Source: Candidatus Marinacidobacterales bacterium (GTDB lineage Bacteria > Acidobacteriota > Vicinamibacteria > Marinacidobacterales > SMYC01). Taken from it: a stretch of 64,000 bases of DNA. The stretch's first letter is position 1. Every line of letters starts with the position of its first letter. Below the pieces are notes generated by a model that searched no databases, was not told the origin of the DNA, and saw only the letters and a program-made list of their open reading frames with translations. This document shows, one piece after another, positions 48,949 through 59,588 of this stretch. The translations under genes and the position numbers were made by a program. The DNA lies in contig OZ250169.1 in assembly GCA_965237955.1 (NCBI GenBank), positions 2,368,001 to 2,432,000 on the forward strand, read 5' to 3'.

Positions 48949-50024
48949 CAGGTCGCCTCGGCGAAGGCCTCGGTATTCACCGCGGCTCTCAACGAGTGGT
49001 ACGCGGGCTTCGGTGAGAAGTTCTCGTTCACGATCCCGAACCCACCGTTTCCTTGTCCGGGACCGTCCCAATAGTGAAAAAAGAAAAGACGTTGGACCCA
49101 GAGCTCTTGCTGAAGCGTGCGCAGACAGTCGTCGTAGTACTGGCGCTGGTTGCCGTCCGACGTCTTGCGGCCGGTCTCGGTGAGCCAGAACGGTTTGTCG
49201 TCGACGCCGTGATCGCGCATCTTCGTGCGAAGCGACGGTTGGAACAATCGGTCGGTGCGGAGCTCGACGATGGCGTCTCGTCCGTTTTGCGGATAGTTAT
49301 GGTGGTTGATGATGTGGATGAGCGACTTTGCGTTCATCGCCTCGTCGAACCAATCGCGCCAGCTCCCGACATTGGCGAGTCCGGGAGCGACCACCGAGGC
49401 GCTCGGAGCCAACTGACGCATGAGGCTCGCGCCCGGCTGCAGAATCTCAGCTCGATACCGCTCCATCGAGCCGTTCCAAAACTCTTCGATGTTCGGTTCG
49501 TTCCACGGCTGTCAAAACGCGACGCGATCCCGATAGCGCTCCACCGTCGCTCGCACGATGTCGGTCCAATACGTCGCCGACGCAGGGGGATCCCCGAGGC
49601 GAGGGTTCGATGGATTCGATGACGCCCACGCCGGCGTGTACGAGAGCGTCGCGAGGATATCGAGTCCCAAGCTGGTCGCGTGGCCGATGACACTGTCGGT
49701 GTCTTGCCAACGAAAGACGCCTTGGCTCGGCTCGATGCGGTACCAGTCGAAGTCCACGCGGATCCACCGGACGCCGAGATTGAGGGCGACGTCGTTCAGC
49801 ATCGCGTTCGTGGGGATGTGGACGTTCAGCCCTACGCGCGGCGCCAGCGGGACCAACGGGTTCTTCCGCGCGTACTCGTCGCTTCGAAGAAGCCCTTCGC
49901 GCATGTCGGCTTCGCTCATGCCCTGGCTCATGAGACGGTTGTAGTGCTCGAGCCCACCCGCGTCAGGCTCCCGTCGGAGAATCTCGACGTAGGCGTGGCG
50001 AATGATCGGCCGAAAGCTGGGCAT
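48948..50024 (-). pseudogene. DUF4214-like module fused to a clan GH-A glycoside hydrolase, in-frame TGA at 49512-49514
   Basis: WIRVDFDWYRIEP, F*QPWNEPN, HHNY, FWLTETG; both ORFs are in the same frame. Confidence 0.82.
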
Positions 50025-50030
50025 GTTGCT

Positions 50031-50288
50031 CTAGCGTTTGCGCGATTTTTTCTTGGAGGGCTTTTTCTTCGTCGCTTTCTTGCGTTTTTTCGAAGATGTG
50101 GACGTGGCTCGCAACGTGTCTGGGTTCTTGATCGCGTACTCGTTGCTGCGGAGAAGCGACTCGCGCATCTGCTCCTCGGTTAGACCAAAGTTCATCGCCT
50201 GGTTGTAGGATTCGAGCCCGCCGGCGTCGGGGGGTCTCCCGAGAATCCTCATGTACGCTTGCGTGATCACGGGACTGAAATCGGGCAC
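50031..50288 (-). CDS. Stand-alone DUF4214-like module with Lys-rich tail (85 aa)
   Basis: GGAGG RBS, GTG start; AYMRILGRPPDAGGL..LLRSNEY; tail KKRKKATKKKPSKKKSRKR. Confidence 0.75.
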   Translation of the reverse strand: MPDFSPVITQAYMRILGRPPDAGGLESYNQAMNFGLTEEQMRESLLRSNEYAIKNPDTLRATSTSSKKRKKATKKKPSKKKSRKR

Positions 50289-50440
50289 GGACCGTCCTCC
50301 TCGTGAAGTTTTAGGGATGTTCACCGAGCGCACCAGGCAGGCGAGACACATGAAGTCGTCCTCTATTCAGCGCGCTTGATTGTGGAGAGACTATACACGA
50401 AGAAACGTCGCTTTTACCAAGTGAAGCGAACGTGCGAGGC

Positions 50441-51370
50441 TCAGCGAGCCGGCATTCGAATGCGAAGTGCGCGCGGCTTCACGTCGAAGCGCGCGGGGAG
50501 ATGGCCAGGCGATTCACCATCGACCTCGACGCGTACCAATTGGCTCGCGTCCGTCGGCGCGGCCTCGAGGTAGCTCACCGGCCCGTGCTCGAGTTCGGAA
50601 ACGCCGAGGTGAGCACCCCAATACATCAGCGGCGCGCTGCCAAGGAGCTTGAGAATCGACATCTTCTTCACGAGGATCAGTTGCAGCTTCCCGTCGGTGA
50701 GATCAGCCGCCGGCGCCATCTTCATGCCGCCGCCGAAGAACCGTCCGTTGTGCAGGGAGACGGTCGTTACCCGAAGACGATGCTCAGTGCCGTTTCTGGT
50801 GAGCTGCACTTCGGGAAAGTCGAACTGAAGGGCAGCGGCCACGGTATGGCGCGCGTAGCTGACTCCGGACTTCTTCGATCGATTGGCGCGGTACGCGACT
50901 TCGCCGCTCAGACCGAACGACGCGGAGTTCACGAAGCTTCGCTCACTTCCGTCCGCGAATCTAACCCGCCCCACGTCGATGGAAATAGTTTTTCCGTCAC
51001 GGAGGCCGCGAGCCGCGTCTGCCAGCCGGGTCGGCATCGACAACGAGCGGATGAAATCAGCGCCGGTCCCGTGGGGCAAAACGCCGAGCTCGCAACCCGA
51101 CCCGGACGCGCCCGCCGCCAGGATGCCGCGTGCTGCTTCGGAAATCGTCCCGTCCCCTCCGAACGTGAGGAGGAAGCGCCGTCCGCCCTCCACCTCTTCT
51201 CGCGCCAGCTCCGCTGCGTGGCCGGGCGCCTCGGTGAACCGCCGCTCGAACGGGCCGAAGTGGGCGCTTAGCGTCGAGGCCGCCTGTGCCCAGTCGCGCG
51301 CGCCGGCACCCCCGCGAGAGGCCGGGTTCACGATGACGAGAGGCAGGGTTTTTTCGCCCGTCTTGCCCAT
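50441..51370 (-). CDS. Diacylglycerol/lipid kinase family protein
   Basis: IVNPAS, GGDGTISE, PHGTGADF, FFGGGM, DGE. Confidence 0.9.
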   Translation of the reverse strand: MGKTGEKTLPLVIVNPASRGGAGARDWAQAASTLSAHFGPFERRFTEAPGHAAELAREEVEGGRRFLLTFGGDGTISEAARGILAAGASGSGCELGVLPHGTGADFIRSLSMPTRLADAARGLRDGKTISIDVGRVRFADGSERSFVNSASFGLSGEVAYRANRSKKSGVSYARHTVAAALQFDFPEVQLTRNGTEHRLRVTTVSLHNGRFFGGGMKMAPAADLTDGKLQLILVKKMSILKLLGSAPLMYWGAHLGVSELEHGPVSYLEAAPTDASQLVRVEVDGESPGHLPARFDVKPRALRIRMPAR

Positions 51371-51459
51371 CGGGGACGATTGTACCAGGCTAAACTGTGC
51401 TAGAGTGGCACTTCCGTCCGTCGGCCCGCAGCTGATGGCGCCGTGCGAGGAGGAGATTT

Positions 51460-52239
51460 TTGGGCGTCAAGGCGACCACGCTGCCCCAACCACCGGGGTT
51501 GAGAGAGCTTCTGCGGGCGATCGCCGTCGCTCTCAGCAAGTTCGTCGCCGGGGTGTTCGGTTTCGCCCGCGATAGCATCGCCCGGGGCATCATCCGGGCA
51601 GGGATCCCGGTGAACGCGGTGACCCTTACCGGCCCGGTCGCGGTGTCGCTCATCTTTATGCCGATGTACTTCGGCAAGCAGTGGCTCGGTGGCCTGGTGC
51701 TCATAGCGGCGGGCGCGTTCGACATGCTCGATGGCGCGGTCGCGCGGATTTCCCGCGGCTCGACCACGTTCGGTGGGTTCTTGGACTCGGTCACCGATCG
51801 GTACACGGACCTTCTGATGCTCTTCGGTATCCTCGTGTACCTGCTTCGGTACGTGCATGGACCGTACCGGACACTCTATCTCGTCTTGTGGGGCTTCACC
51901 GTCGCGGGCACGGCGACGACCTCGTACATGCGAGCTCGCGCCGAGACCGAGATACGAGAATGCAAAGTCGGCTTCATGGAGCGGGCCGAGCGTACGGTCA
52001 CCATTATCATTGGCCTCCTTGCGGGGAACGTCCACATCACCCTGTGGATTCTCGCGTTCTTCTCGAACCTCATCAGCATCCAACGGATCCTCTACACTCG
52101 CATGGTGATGTCGGGTCGCGAGCCCAAGGGACAGTTCTGGCTGTGGCGCTACCCGCGTCTCACCGCACCGCATTTCACGCTGTGCGCCGCACTGATCCTC
52201 TTTCTCGTCATCGGGCACTTCGTCATCCCGCGCCCTTGA
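51460..52239 (+). CDS. CDP-alcohol phosphatidyltransferase
   Basis: DMLDGAVAR..FGGFLDSVTDRYTD, SYMRARAE, MERAER; start uncertain. Confidence 0.9.
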   Translation: MGVKATTLPQPPGLRELLRAIAVALSKFVAGVFGFARDSIARGIIRAGIPVNAVTLTGPVAVSLIFMPMYFGKQWLGGLVLIAAGAFDMLDGAVARISRGSTTFGGFLDSVTDRYTDLLMLFGILVYLLRYVHGPYRTLYLVLWGFTVAGTATTSYMRARAETEIRECKVGFMERAERTVTIIIGLLAGNVHITLWILAFFSNLISIQRILYTRMVMSGREPKGQFWLWRYPRLTAPHFTLCAALILFLVIGHFVIPRP

Positions 52240-52448
52240 GCCGGGTGACCTGGGGAGGAGGCGTCAAGTTCTTTGCGAGCCCGCACTTCGGGGTCAACGT
52301 CATGGGGCGTTGGACACCGACTTATATCAAATCGGATCCGGGCGGCATCTGGTGCAGTCCGTTTTGGCCCGGCGGGTGCTGGCAGCTCTCCGACCCCGAT
52401 TGTGCCAACCAGCTCGAGTTCGCGGTCGGAGTCACGTTCCGTTTCTGA
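52240..52448 (+). pseudogene. C-terminal fragment of an outer-membrane beta-barrel protein
   Basis: WGGGVKFF..NQLEFAVGVTFRF with no 5' portion. Confidence 0.55.
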
Positions 52449-52468
52449 TGAGGGGCGCCCGGTCGCCG

Positions 52469-53164
52469 TCAAGCTCGACGGTGGGCGCAATCGCTCAGAA
52501 TGCGGCACGAGCGGGTCGTGTTGAAGATGCCGCACGTGCAAAACCGCGCCATGTAGGCCGAAGCGACCTCTGGGCTCCGGCGTCCGCCTTTGACCCAGTC
52601 GATCATTTTCTTCGCGAAGTTGAACGAAATCATCCCGTGCCCGCACATGGTTGCCAGGGACAAGGTGGCGCGATCGGGAAGCTTGTCCAGCGCGCCAAAA
52701 AAACCGAGCGAGTACTCAACGCTGTGGCGGGTGATCCCAGCGTCTTTGGCGAGCTCGTCGGCACGATCGGTGAGTGCGCTGATGTTGATCGACAGGCCGA
52801 GCTCGGCGGCTTTCACCTCCACGAGAAACGCCGTGAGCGCGTCGGGATTGTCGAACACGGCCGAGACCACGGTCGGTTGGTCCACGTTTTTCACGAGGCT
52901 ATCGGGATCGCGCTCGTCTTTTCGAAACCAATGTGCCAGAGGGTTGAGTTTTTTCGATGGCCGATAAACGGCGCCTTTGGTCGCGTCGCCGAGGTTGATC
53001 GGACCGTGTTTGCGTGCGAGGTTGAGGAATTTCTGGAACTTTTCGACAGAGCCCTCGTCATTGATGCCGCGGGAGGCCATCGCGAACACGATGAAGTCGT
53101 CCTCGAGCGTTTCCGGCGCGCCGTAACGGTGTAGTGTATTCGTCATAGAGGCGCCATCGGCCAT
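52469..53164 (-). CDS. Conserved hypothetical protein with TMCGHG and CTCGIFN motifs
   Basis: Clean ORF just downstream of the 4Fe-4S gene. Confidence 0.75.
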   Translation of the reverse strand: MADGASMTNTLHRYGAPETLEDDFIVFAMASRGINDEGSVEKFQKFLNLARKHGPINLGDATKGAVYRPSKKLNPLAHWFRKDERDPDSLVKNVDQPTVVSAVFDNPDALTAFLVEVKAAELGLSINISALTDRADELAKDAGITRHSVEYSLGFFGALDKLPDRATLSLATMCGHGMISFNFAKKMIDWVKGGRRSPEVASAYMARFCTCGIFNTTRSCRILSDCAHRRA

Positions 53165-53177
53165 CGGCGATCAGCCA

Positions 53178-53984
53178 TCAGCTCGTCTCTGGGGCGCGGC
53201 CGAGGCCGAGGTTGGTTTTGCCGCGCCAGTAGGCGAAGCCTTCGTCAGCAAGGACTTTTTCGAGGGCGCTCCCGCCGTCGTCGTCGCAGCGGGTGGAGAC
53301 GCCGATGGAGATGATGGTGTCGAGCGTCTTCGCGACGTCGGTCAAAAGAAGCAGGATTTCCGGCACCCGAGCCATCGTGGTCTTGGTCTCGACGATCGCC
53401 GACAACACGCGCTCGTCGAGTATGTCTTCGCGAATCCGACCGGTTCTGGGGTCGGTCATCAAATGCGTGACCGGGTTGTTCGCCTCGAAGCTCACACCGG
53501 CGGCGGCGAGGGCTTGGGTCACCGTGGAGATGTCCCGGAACCGCACCGAGACGGTAGGGCGGCCGAACTCGATGGTGAAGCCCGCCTCACCTTCGCTTAC
53601 CCGGTGGGTCACATCGTTGGTTTTGACTTCTTCCGTGCCCCGACCGTGGATCCCGGTCGACTCGTGCGGCACGAGCGGGTCGGAGAACGCGCGTCGGACG
53701 GCGCGAGGCCAGGCGAGCTCCTGCGGCTCGATGGCTGCCGTTGGGCAGACGTCGGGCTCGGGGTCGAAGCGGACCCGGAACCAGCTGAAGACTTTCCGGA
53801 CGGTTCTTACGAGCTTCGGGTTGAGATGCTCCGTCGATAGCCCCCGATAGCAGGCGAAGCACTCGACGCAGCGGTCCTGGTCCACCACCGCCCGGTCGAT
53901 GGCTGGGTCGATGTCGATGGCCCCCACGGGGCAGATGGCGACGCAATTCCCGCACGCCACGCACCGATCGGTCGAAATCTTCAC
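53178..53984 (-). CDS. 4Fe-4S dicluster domain protein with uncharacterised C-terminal domain
   Basis: CVACGNCVAICP; CVECFAC..VCP; GRGTEEVKTNDVT. Confidence 0.85.
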   Translation of the reverse strand: MKISTDRCVACGNCVAICPVGAIDIDPAIDRAVVDQDRCVECFACYRGLSTEHLNPKLVRTVRKVFSWFRVRFDPEPDVCPTAAIEPQELAWPRAVRRAFSDPLVPHESTGIHGRGTEEVKTNDVTHRVSEGEAGFTIEFGRPTVSVRFRDISTVTQALAAAGVSFEANNPVTHLMTDPRTGRIREDILDERVLSAIVETKTTMARVPEILLLLTDVAKTLDTIISIGVSTRCDDDGGSALEKVLADEGFAYWRGKTNLGLGRAPETS

Positions 53985-54129
53985 GAAGCGGATTATATAA
54001 CGGGGCTTTTCTTGTCGGGGCCTTGTCGGGGCTTGTTGGGCCTTGGCGGTGAGCTTGCGCCGCGACCCGCGCTGCGGCACAATTGAGGGCTTTCGTAACC
54101 CTTATTTATCGAACCCCTCAGGAGAACCG

Positions 54130-55485
54130 ATGGCCAAGGAAACACCATTCGATATCGCACCGCCGGACGGCAAGCTCGCCGTTTTGCTGCCGGGTCTCGG
54201 CGCCGTAAGCACGACCTTTATCGCCGGCGTCCACGCCATACGCAAAGGCCTCGCCAAGCCCATCGGCTCGCTCACCCAAATGGGGACCATCCGGCTCGGA
54301 AAGCGGACGGAAAATCGCCGGCCGACCATCCGCGAGCTCGTGCCCCTCAGCAACCTGTCCAATTTGTCCTTTGCGGCCTGGGACATCTTCGAAGAAGACG
54401 CGTACCAGTCGGCCATCCATGCGGGAGTGCTCGAGAGGACGCTCCTCGACTCGCTCAAAGACGAGCTCGAGCAGATCCGGCCTCTCAAAGCGGTCTTCGA
54501 CCAGAACTACGTGAAAAAGCTCAACGGAACCCACGTCAACAAGGGCGAAAACAAGATGGATCTCGCCGAGCAGCTGATGGAGGATATCGCTCGGGTCAAG
54601 AAAGAGATCGGTGCTGAGCGCGCCGTCATGATCTGGTGCGCCTCGACGGAGACGTTTTTGAGTCCGAGCGACGTCCACAAGGACGTGGACGCTTTCGAAC
54701 AAGGCCTTCGGGAGAGCTCGGAGGCGATTGCCCCCAGCATGATCTACGCCTATGCCGCCCTCAAGAGCGGTGTTCCGTTCGCGAACGGGGCACCGAATCT
54801 CACCGTCGACGTGCCCGCGCTCGCCCAGCTCGCCTCGGACAAAGGCGTTCCCATCGGCGGCAAGGACTTCAAGACCGGGCAAACGCTGATGAAAACGATC
54901 CTCGCACCGGGTTTGAAAGCGCGGATGCTGGGACTGTCGGGTTGGTTTTCCTCCAACATCCTCGGCAATCGCGACGGCGAAGTTCTCGACGATCCGGGCT
55001 CGTTCAAAACGAAGGAAGAGTCGAAGCTCTCCGTGCTCGAGTACATCCTGCAACCCGAGCTGTATCCAGACCTCTACGGCGACTTCTACCACAAGGTCCG
55101 GATCAACTATTACCCGCCCCGCGGTGACAACAAAGAGGGCTGGGACAGCATCGACATCTTCGGTTGGCTCGGTTACCCGATGCAGATCAAAGTCGACTTC
55201 CTGTGCCGCGACTCGATCCTGGCGGCTCCGCTCGTTCTCGACCTCGCGCTGTTTTTCGACCTGGCGCAGCGAGCGAACTTCAAGGGAGTTCAGGAGTGGC
55301 TGTCGTTCTACTTCAAGAGCCCGATGGCTCCCCAGGGGCTCTACCCGGAGCACGACCTCTTTATTCAGCTGACCAAGCTGAAGAACACGCTGCGCTACCT
55401 GATGGGCGAGGATCAGATTACCCACTTGGGCGAGTACGTCTTGGAGCACGACCGGTCACCGAAGGGCGAGCTCGTCTCGGAATAG
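54130..55485 (+). CDS. ino1: myo-inositol-1-phosphate synthase
   Basis: GLGAVSTT, GKDFKTGQT, NILGNRDG, RGDNKE, RDSILAAPL, SFYFKSP. Confidence 0.93.
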   Translation: MAKETPFDIAPPDGKLAVLLPGLGAVSTTFIAGVHAIRKGLAKPIGSLTQMGTIRLGKRTENRRPTIRELVPLSNLSNLSFAAWDIFEEDAYQSAIHAGVLERTLLDSLKDELEQIRPLKAVFDQNYVKKLNGTHVNKGENKMDLAEQLMEDIARVKKEIGAERAVMIWCASTETFLSPSDVHKDVDAFEQGLRESSEAIAPSMIYAYAALKSGVPFANGAPNLTVDVPALAQLASDKGVPIGGKDFKTGQTLMKTILAPGLKARMLGLSGWFSSNILGNRDGEVLDDPGSFKTKEESKLSVLEYILQPELYPDLYGDFYHKVRINYYPPRGDNKEGWDSIDIFGWLGYPMQIKVDFLCRDSILAAPLVLDLALFFDLAQRANFKGVQEWLSFYFKSPMAPQGLYPEHDLFIQLTKLKNTLRYLMGEDQITHLGEYVLEHDRSPKGELVSE

Positions 55486-55534
55486 AAGCGATCCCGGGTT
55501 GTGCTAATCTTGTAACTAGAGGCAGATAGAGCGA

Positions 55535-57175
55535 ATGGGACGGTTCCGATTCGTCGCCGTGTGCGTGGCGCTCCCGCTCTTTCTCGGCGCCCAGACGCCG
55601 CCCAAGGAAATCTCGGTCATCTCCGACGCCGGCCCCGGGAGCATCCCCATCAGCGAGTTCGGCGGGGTCGAGATGATCCCCATCCGTGGCATCGCAAGCT
55701 TCGTGGGCGCCACCGTGCGTCCCGCTTCCGAGCGGGGAGCGGTGACGATGTCGGCGAACGGGAAGATCGCGCGCGTCTCCGATGGGCGAAACTTCGTTCC
55801 GGTGGAAGGCCGGCTTGTGCTGCTCCAGTCGCCGGCGCGGCTCGTCGGCGACGAGTGGTTCGTCCCGCTCGATTTCGTGACGAAGGTATTACCGGCGCTC
55901 TCGAGCGAAGCCGTCTTGTTCCGAGAGAGCGAACGGATGCTCGTGCTCGGATCGAGTTTCCCGCGGATTCGAATCCGTACCCGGCACGATCCGACCTTCA
56001 CCCGAGTTGCGATCGAGTCCGATCGCCCGGTGTCGATGACGCACTCGGTGGATGAAGACGCGATTCGGGTCCGGATCGACACACCGTTTCTGAGCACGAG
56101 CTTCCGTGAGGAAGAAATTCGTGATGACGTCGTCGAGCGGATCACGCTCGAGCGTGACGAGCCCGGCTACGTCGTCACCGTCTATCTCGGTGAACGCTTC
56201 GGAGAGTTGAAAACGGACGCCCGCCATCCACGAGACACGTTGGTTCTCGATCTGGTTCGGAGTCGGGTTCCTACGCGGGCCGTCCGCACAGTAGACGAAG
56301 TAGAGTGGGATCTCTCCAAGGAACAGTACGAAAACGAAGGTGAAGCCGGTGAAGCCATTGAAAAAAGCCCAGACGGAGAGCCCGGCGAAGACGACGAGGA
56401 TGCGCCGAACCCGGACGCCGAGGAGATCTTCCGGAACGAGGGCACGCATTATCTGCCCGATGCTCCGCCCGTGCTTCCGCCAGCGACCGTTGGTCCAGAG
56501 CAACTCCGTATCGTGACCCTCGACGCCGGCCATGGGGGAGCGGAAACCGGAGCCGAAGGCGAGGGCGGCGCCGTGGAGAAAGACGTCGTGTTGTCGATCG
56601 CGCGACGGTTTCGCGGCATGCTTCAAGAGCGGCTTGGTGTCCGCGTGATTTTGACTCGGGATGGGGATCGAAATCTCTCGCTCGACGAGCGCGCCGCGAT
56701 CGCCAACAGCAACAAATCGAATTTGTTCCTCAGCATACATGCGGACGCGTCGCCGAGGCGAAACGCTCGGGGGTCGTCGGTGTACTTCCTTTCGCATACC
56801 TCGGCGCCCGCGAACCCATCTTCTTCCGGCGGCGGCGACTTGGACTTCATTTTCTGGAACATGGCGCAGACCGCGCATCTGAAGCAATCGTCGAGGCTTG
56901 CGGAGATCTTGCAAGATGAGCTCCAGGCGGTCACCGGCACCGAGCGTGTCAACCGTGGCATCAAGCAGAATTCGTTCCGCGTTTTGAAGGGTGCGACCAT
57001 GCCCGCGGTCCTCGTCGAGGTCGGCTTCATCTCCAATCCGGACGAAGAGAGGCTTCTGGTATCCCCCGCGTATCAAGACAAGTTGGCGGAAGCGCTCTAC
57101 CGCGGGATCTTGCGTTACAAAGACCTGTTCGAATATCAGAGAACCTCGGACCGCGCCCAGCGGAGCCAGAGGTGA
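55535..57175 (+). CDS. N-acetylmuramoyl-L-alanine amidase (Amidase_3)
   Basis: LDAGHGG, EKDVVL, LSIHAD, PAVLVEVGFISN. Confidence 0.92.
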   Translation: MGRFRFVAVCVALPLFLGAQTPPKEISVISDAGPGSIPISEFGGVEMIPIRGIASFVGATVRPASERGAVTMSANGKIARVSDGRNFVPVEGRLVLLQSPARLVGDEWFVPLDFVTKVLPALSSEAVLFRESERMLVLGSSFPRIRIRTRHDPTFTRVAIESDRPVSMTHSVDEDAIRVRIDTPFLSTSFREEEIRDDVVERITLERDEPGYVVTVYLGERFGELKTDARHPRDTLVLDLVRSRVPTRAVRTVDEVEWDLSKEQYENEGEAGEAIEKSPDGEPGEDDEDAPNPDAEEIFRNEGTHYLPDAPPVLPPATVGPEQLRIVTLDAGHGGAETGAEGEGGAVEKDVVLSIARRFRGMLQERLGVRVILTRDGDRNLSLDERAAIANSNKSNLFLSIHADASPRRNARGSSVYFLSHTSAPANPSSSGGGDLDFIFWNMAQTAHLKQSSRLAEILQDELQAVTGTERVNRGIKQNSFRVLKGATMPAVLVEVGFISNPDEERLLVSPAYQDKLAEALYRGILRYKDLFEYQRTSDRAQRSQR

Positions 57176-57819
57176 CCAGGAAGCACGTCGCCATCGCGGC
57201 CCTCGTCGCGGTGGTGATGATCGCGAGTGCTGTGTACGCGACGTTTTGGTTGCTCGATCAGCCCGTGCCGCAAACAACGACCGCGGAGTCTTCCGGAACA
57301 GCCGGTGGTGAGGCGGGGCGTGTTCCGATTCAGTCGACGTCGGATACAAGTGATACCGAGAGCGTGTCCCGCACCATCCAGGTCAAGCTTTACGTCCTTG
57401 CGAGATCGGGGCAAAACCTGGCGACCGACGACCAGGAAATTCCACTCGAATCGTCGTTGCAACGACAGGCCAGCCAAGTCGTGAAACTACTTCTTCGTCG
57501 CTCCGCCTCCTTTCCCCGCGGCGTCGAGCTCCGAGAAGTCTTCATCACATCCCAGGGTGTGGCTTATGTGGACTTCTCTCGCGAGCTGGTCCAGAACCAT
57601 CCGGGCGGATCCTCCGCCGAGGAGCTTACGGTTTACAGCCTGTCGAACACATTGATTGCGAACTTTCCCGCCATCAAGATGGTGACAATCCTCGTGGAGG
57701 GTCGCGAGATCCAGAGTATCGCTGGACACCTGGACCTCACGATCCCTTACGGACGCGGACCCGAGTACTTGAAGCCCGCATCCGAGCGCGCCGAGTCCCG
57801 CCCCCGAGTCTCCCGATGA
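57172..57819 (+). CDS. GerMN domain protein
   Basis: TM anchor, [28 protein letters not shown]; between amidase and rph. Confidence 0.85.
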   Translation: MTRKHVAIAALVAVVMIASAVYATFWLLDQPVPQTTTAESSGTAGGEAGRVPIQSTSDTSDTESVSRTIQVKLYVLARSGQNLATDDQEIPLESSLQRQASQVVKLLLRRSASFPRGVELREVFITSQGVAYVDFSRELVQNHPGGSSAEELTVYSLSNTLIANFPAIKMVTILVEGREIQSIAGHLDLTIPYGRGPEYLKPASERAESRPRVSR

Positions 57820-58535
57820 AGCGAGTTGACGGCCGTAGCCTCGACGAGGGGCGTCCGCTCACGATCACGCCGCGCTACTTGAAGCACGCCGAGGGATCGG
57901 TACTCATCGAGGTCGGCGACACGAAAGTGATTTGTGCGGCGACTATCGAGGACCGGGTCCCGTCGTTTTTGAAGGGGAGGGGCTCCGGTTGGGTCACTGC
58001 GGAGTACGGCATGCTCCCCCGCTCGTCGCAGGAACGTATCCCGAGAGAGTCCGTACGCGGCAAGGTCTCGGGCAGGACGCAAGAGATTCAACGGCTCGTT
58101 GGACGCTCGTTGCGAGCAGTGATGGATCTGCCCAAGCTCGGTGAGCGAACGGTGTGGATCGATTGCGACGTTCTGCAAGCCGATGGCGGCACGCGTACTG
58201 CATCGATAACCGGCGCGTTCGTCGCGCTCGCGCTCGCGCTTCGTGCGCAACAGGACGCGGGGAAGCTCGCGGCCGATCCGATCAAGGATCATGTCGCCGC
58301 GACGAGCATCGGGATGCTCGATGACCAGTACCTGCTCGACCTCAACTATCACGAGGATTCGCGAGCGGACGTGGACATGAACGTCGTTATGACCGGCGCG
58401 GGGAAGTTCGTCGAAGTCCAAGGCACTGCGGAATCACGGCCGTTCTCACACGATGCGCTTCGAAAGATGCTCGAGCTCGCCGCTCGCGGTATCGACGACA
58501 TCGTGAAAACCCAACGCGACGTTCTCGAAGATTGA
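57816..58535 (+). CDS. rph: Ribonuclease PH
   Basis: [42 protein letters not shown]. Confidence 0.96.
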   Translation: MKRVDGRSLDEGRPLTITPRYLKHAEGSVLIEVGDTKVICAATIEDRVPSFLKGRGSGWVTAEYGMLPRSSQERIPRESVRGKVSGRTQEIQRLVGRSLRAVMDLPKLGERTVWIDCDVLQADGGTRTASITGAFVALALALRAQQDAGKLAADPIKDHVAATSIGMLDDQYLLDLNYHEDSRADVDMNVVMTGAGKFVEVQGTAESRPFSHDALRKMLELAARGIDDIVKTQRDVLED

Positions 58536-59136
58536 AGCTTCTTCTCGCCACCACGAGCCGCGGCAAGATTCGCGAGCAACGGGCATCCCTTGTTGAGCCT
58601 GTTGGTCTTGTTGGCTCGACATCGAGCTCGTCACGCTCGAGTCCTGGCCCAGGCTCGAGCCTCCCGTCGAGCCCGGACCCTCGTTCCTCGACAACACGAT
58701 CGTCAAAGCGCTCTACTACCATCGCGCCACTGGCCTTGTGGCCGTCGGGGAAGACTCCGGGCTCGCGATCGATGCCCTCGGCGGTGAGCCCGGGATTCGC
58801 TCTGCGCGATGGCTCGGCGATGACACGCCGTACGACATCAAGAACGCCCGCGTGCTCGAAAAACTTACCGATGTTGTCGAAGACGATCGCAGCGCTCGCT
58901 ACGTAAGTGCGGTGGCGCTCGCGGACGACGACGAGATCGCGTTCACCGCTGAGGGAATCTGCGAGGGGCGGATCGCGACCGAGTCCTCGGGCGATGGCGG
59001 CTTCGGCTACGATCCGATTTTCTTCTACCCGCCGTTCGGAGTGACGATGGCCGAGCTGTCCGCCGAGCAGAAAAACCGGATTAGCCACCGCGGCCAAGCG
59101 ATGGCGAAGCTCCGAGCGTTTCTCGCCGCGCGTTGA
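58532..59136 (+). pseudogene. rdgB: dITP/XTP pyrophosphatase RdgB/HAM1, one frameshift at ~58614
   Basis: LATTSRGK in one frame; KA..EDSGL, PGIRSAR, GFGYDPIF, KNRISHRG in another. Confidence 0.88.
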
Positions 59137-59173
59137 CGTGCGGCCTAAGTCCTTCTATAATGGCAAGTTCCCT

Positions 59174-59251
<78 letters not shown>

Positions 59252-59284
59252 ACTGTATTAAAGTTCGGCGCGAAGCGCTGCGGT

Positions 59285-59476
59285 GCACCGACCCTCCCTC
59301 TCCCCTAGGAGGGGAGAGGGCCTGGGGTGAGGGGTGGTGTTGGAGGGTGCTTTTGAGGGTTAGAGAAGTGGGATTGCGGACCGAGATGGATCTGGACATC
59401 CCCCTCACTCAATCCCTCTCCCCCTGTGGGGGCGAGGGTTAGATCGTGCGATGCGAGCTGGCTCGCATCGGTCTTT
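59285..59476. repeat. Intergenic palindromic REP-like unit, copy 1
   Basis: CCCTCTCCC..GGGAGAGGG hairpins plus CGATGCGAGC..GCTCGCATCG; copy 2 at 59589-59768. Confidence 0.85.
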
Positions 59477-59484
59477 GTTAGTTT

Positions 59485-59561
59485 GCGCCAGTAGCTCAGT
59501 TGGATAGAGCGCCGGCCTTCTAAGCCGGATGTCGGGGGTTCGAATCCTCCCTGGCGTACCA
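59485..59561 (+). tRNA. tRNA-Arg(TCT)
   Basis: CCGGC-CTTCTAA-GCCGG, GTTCGAA, CCA. Confidence 0.96.
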
Positions 59562-59588
59562 GTGAAAAAGGACGGCGCCGTAGGCGCC

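Noticed and set aside
49512-49514. TGA/TAG recoding (alternative code, Sec or Pyl)
   Set aside because: TGA and TAG end many normal genes in this window; single nonsense changes are simpler
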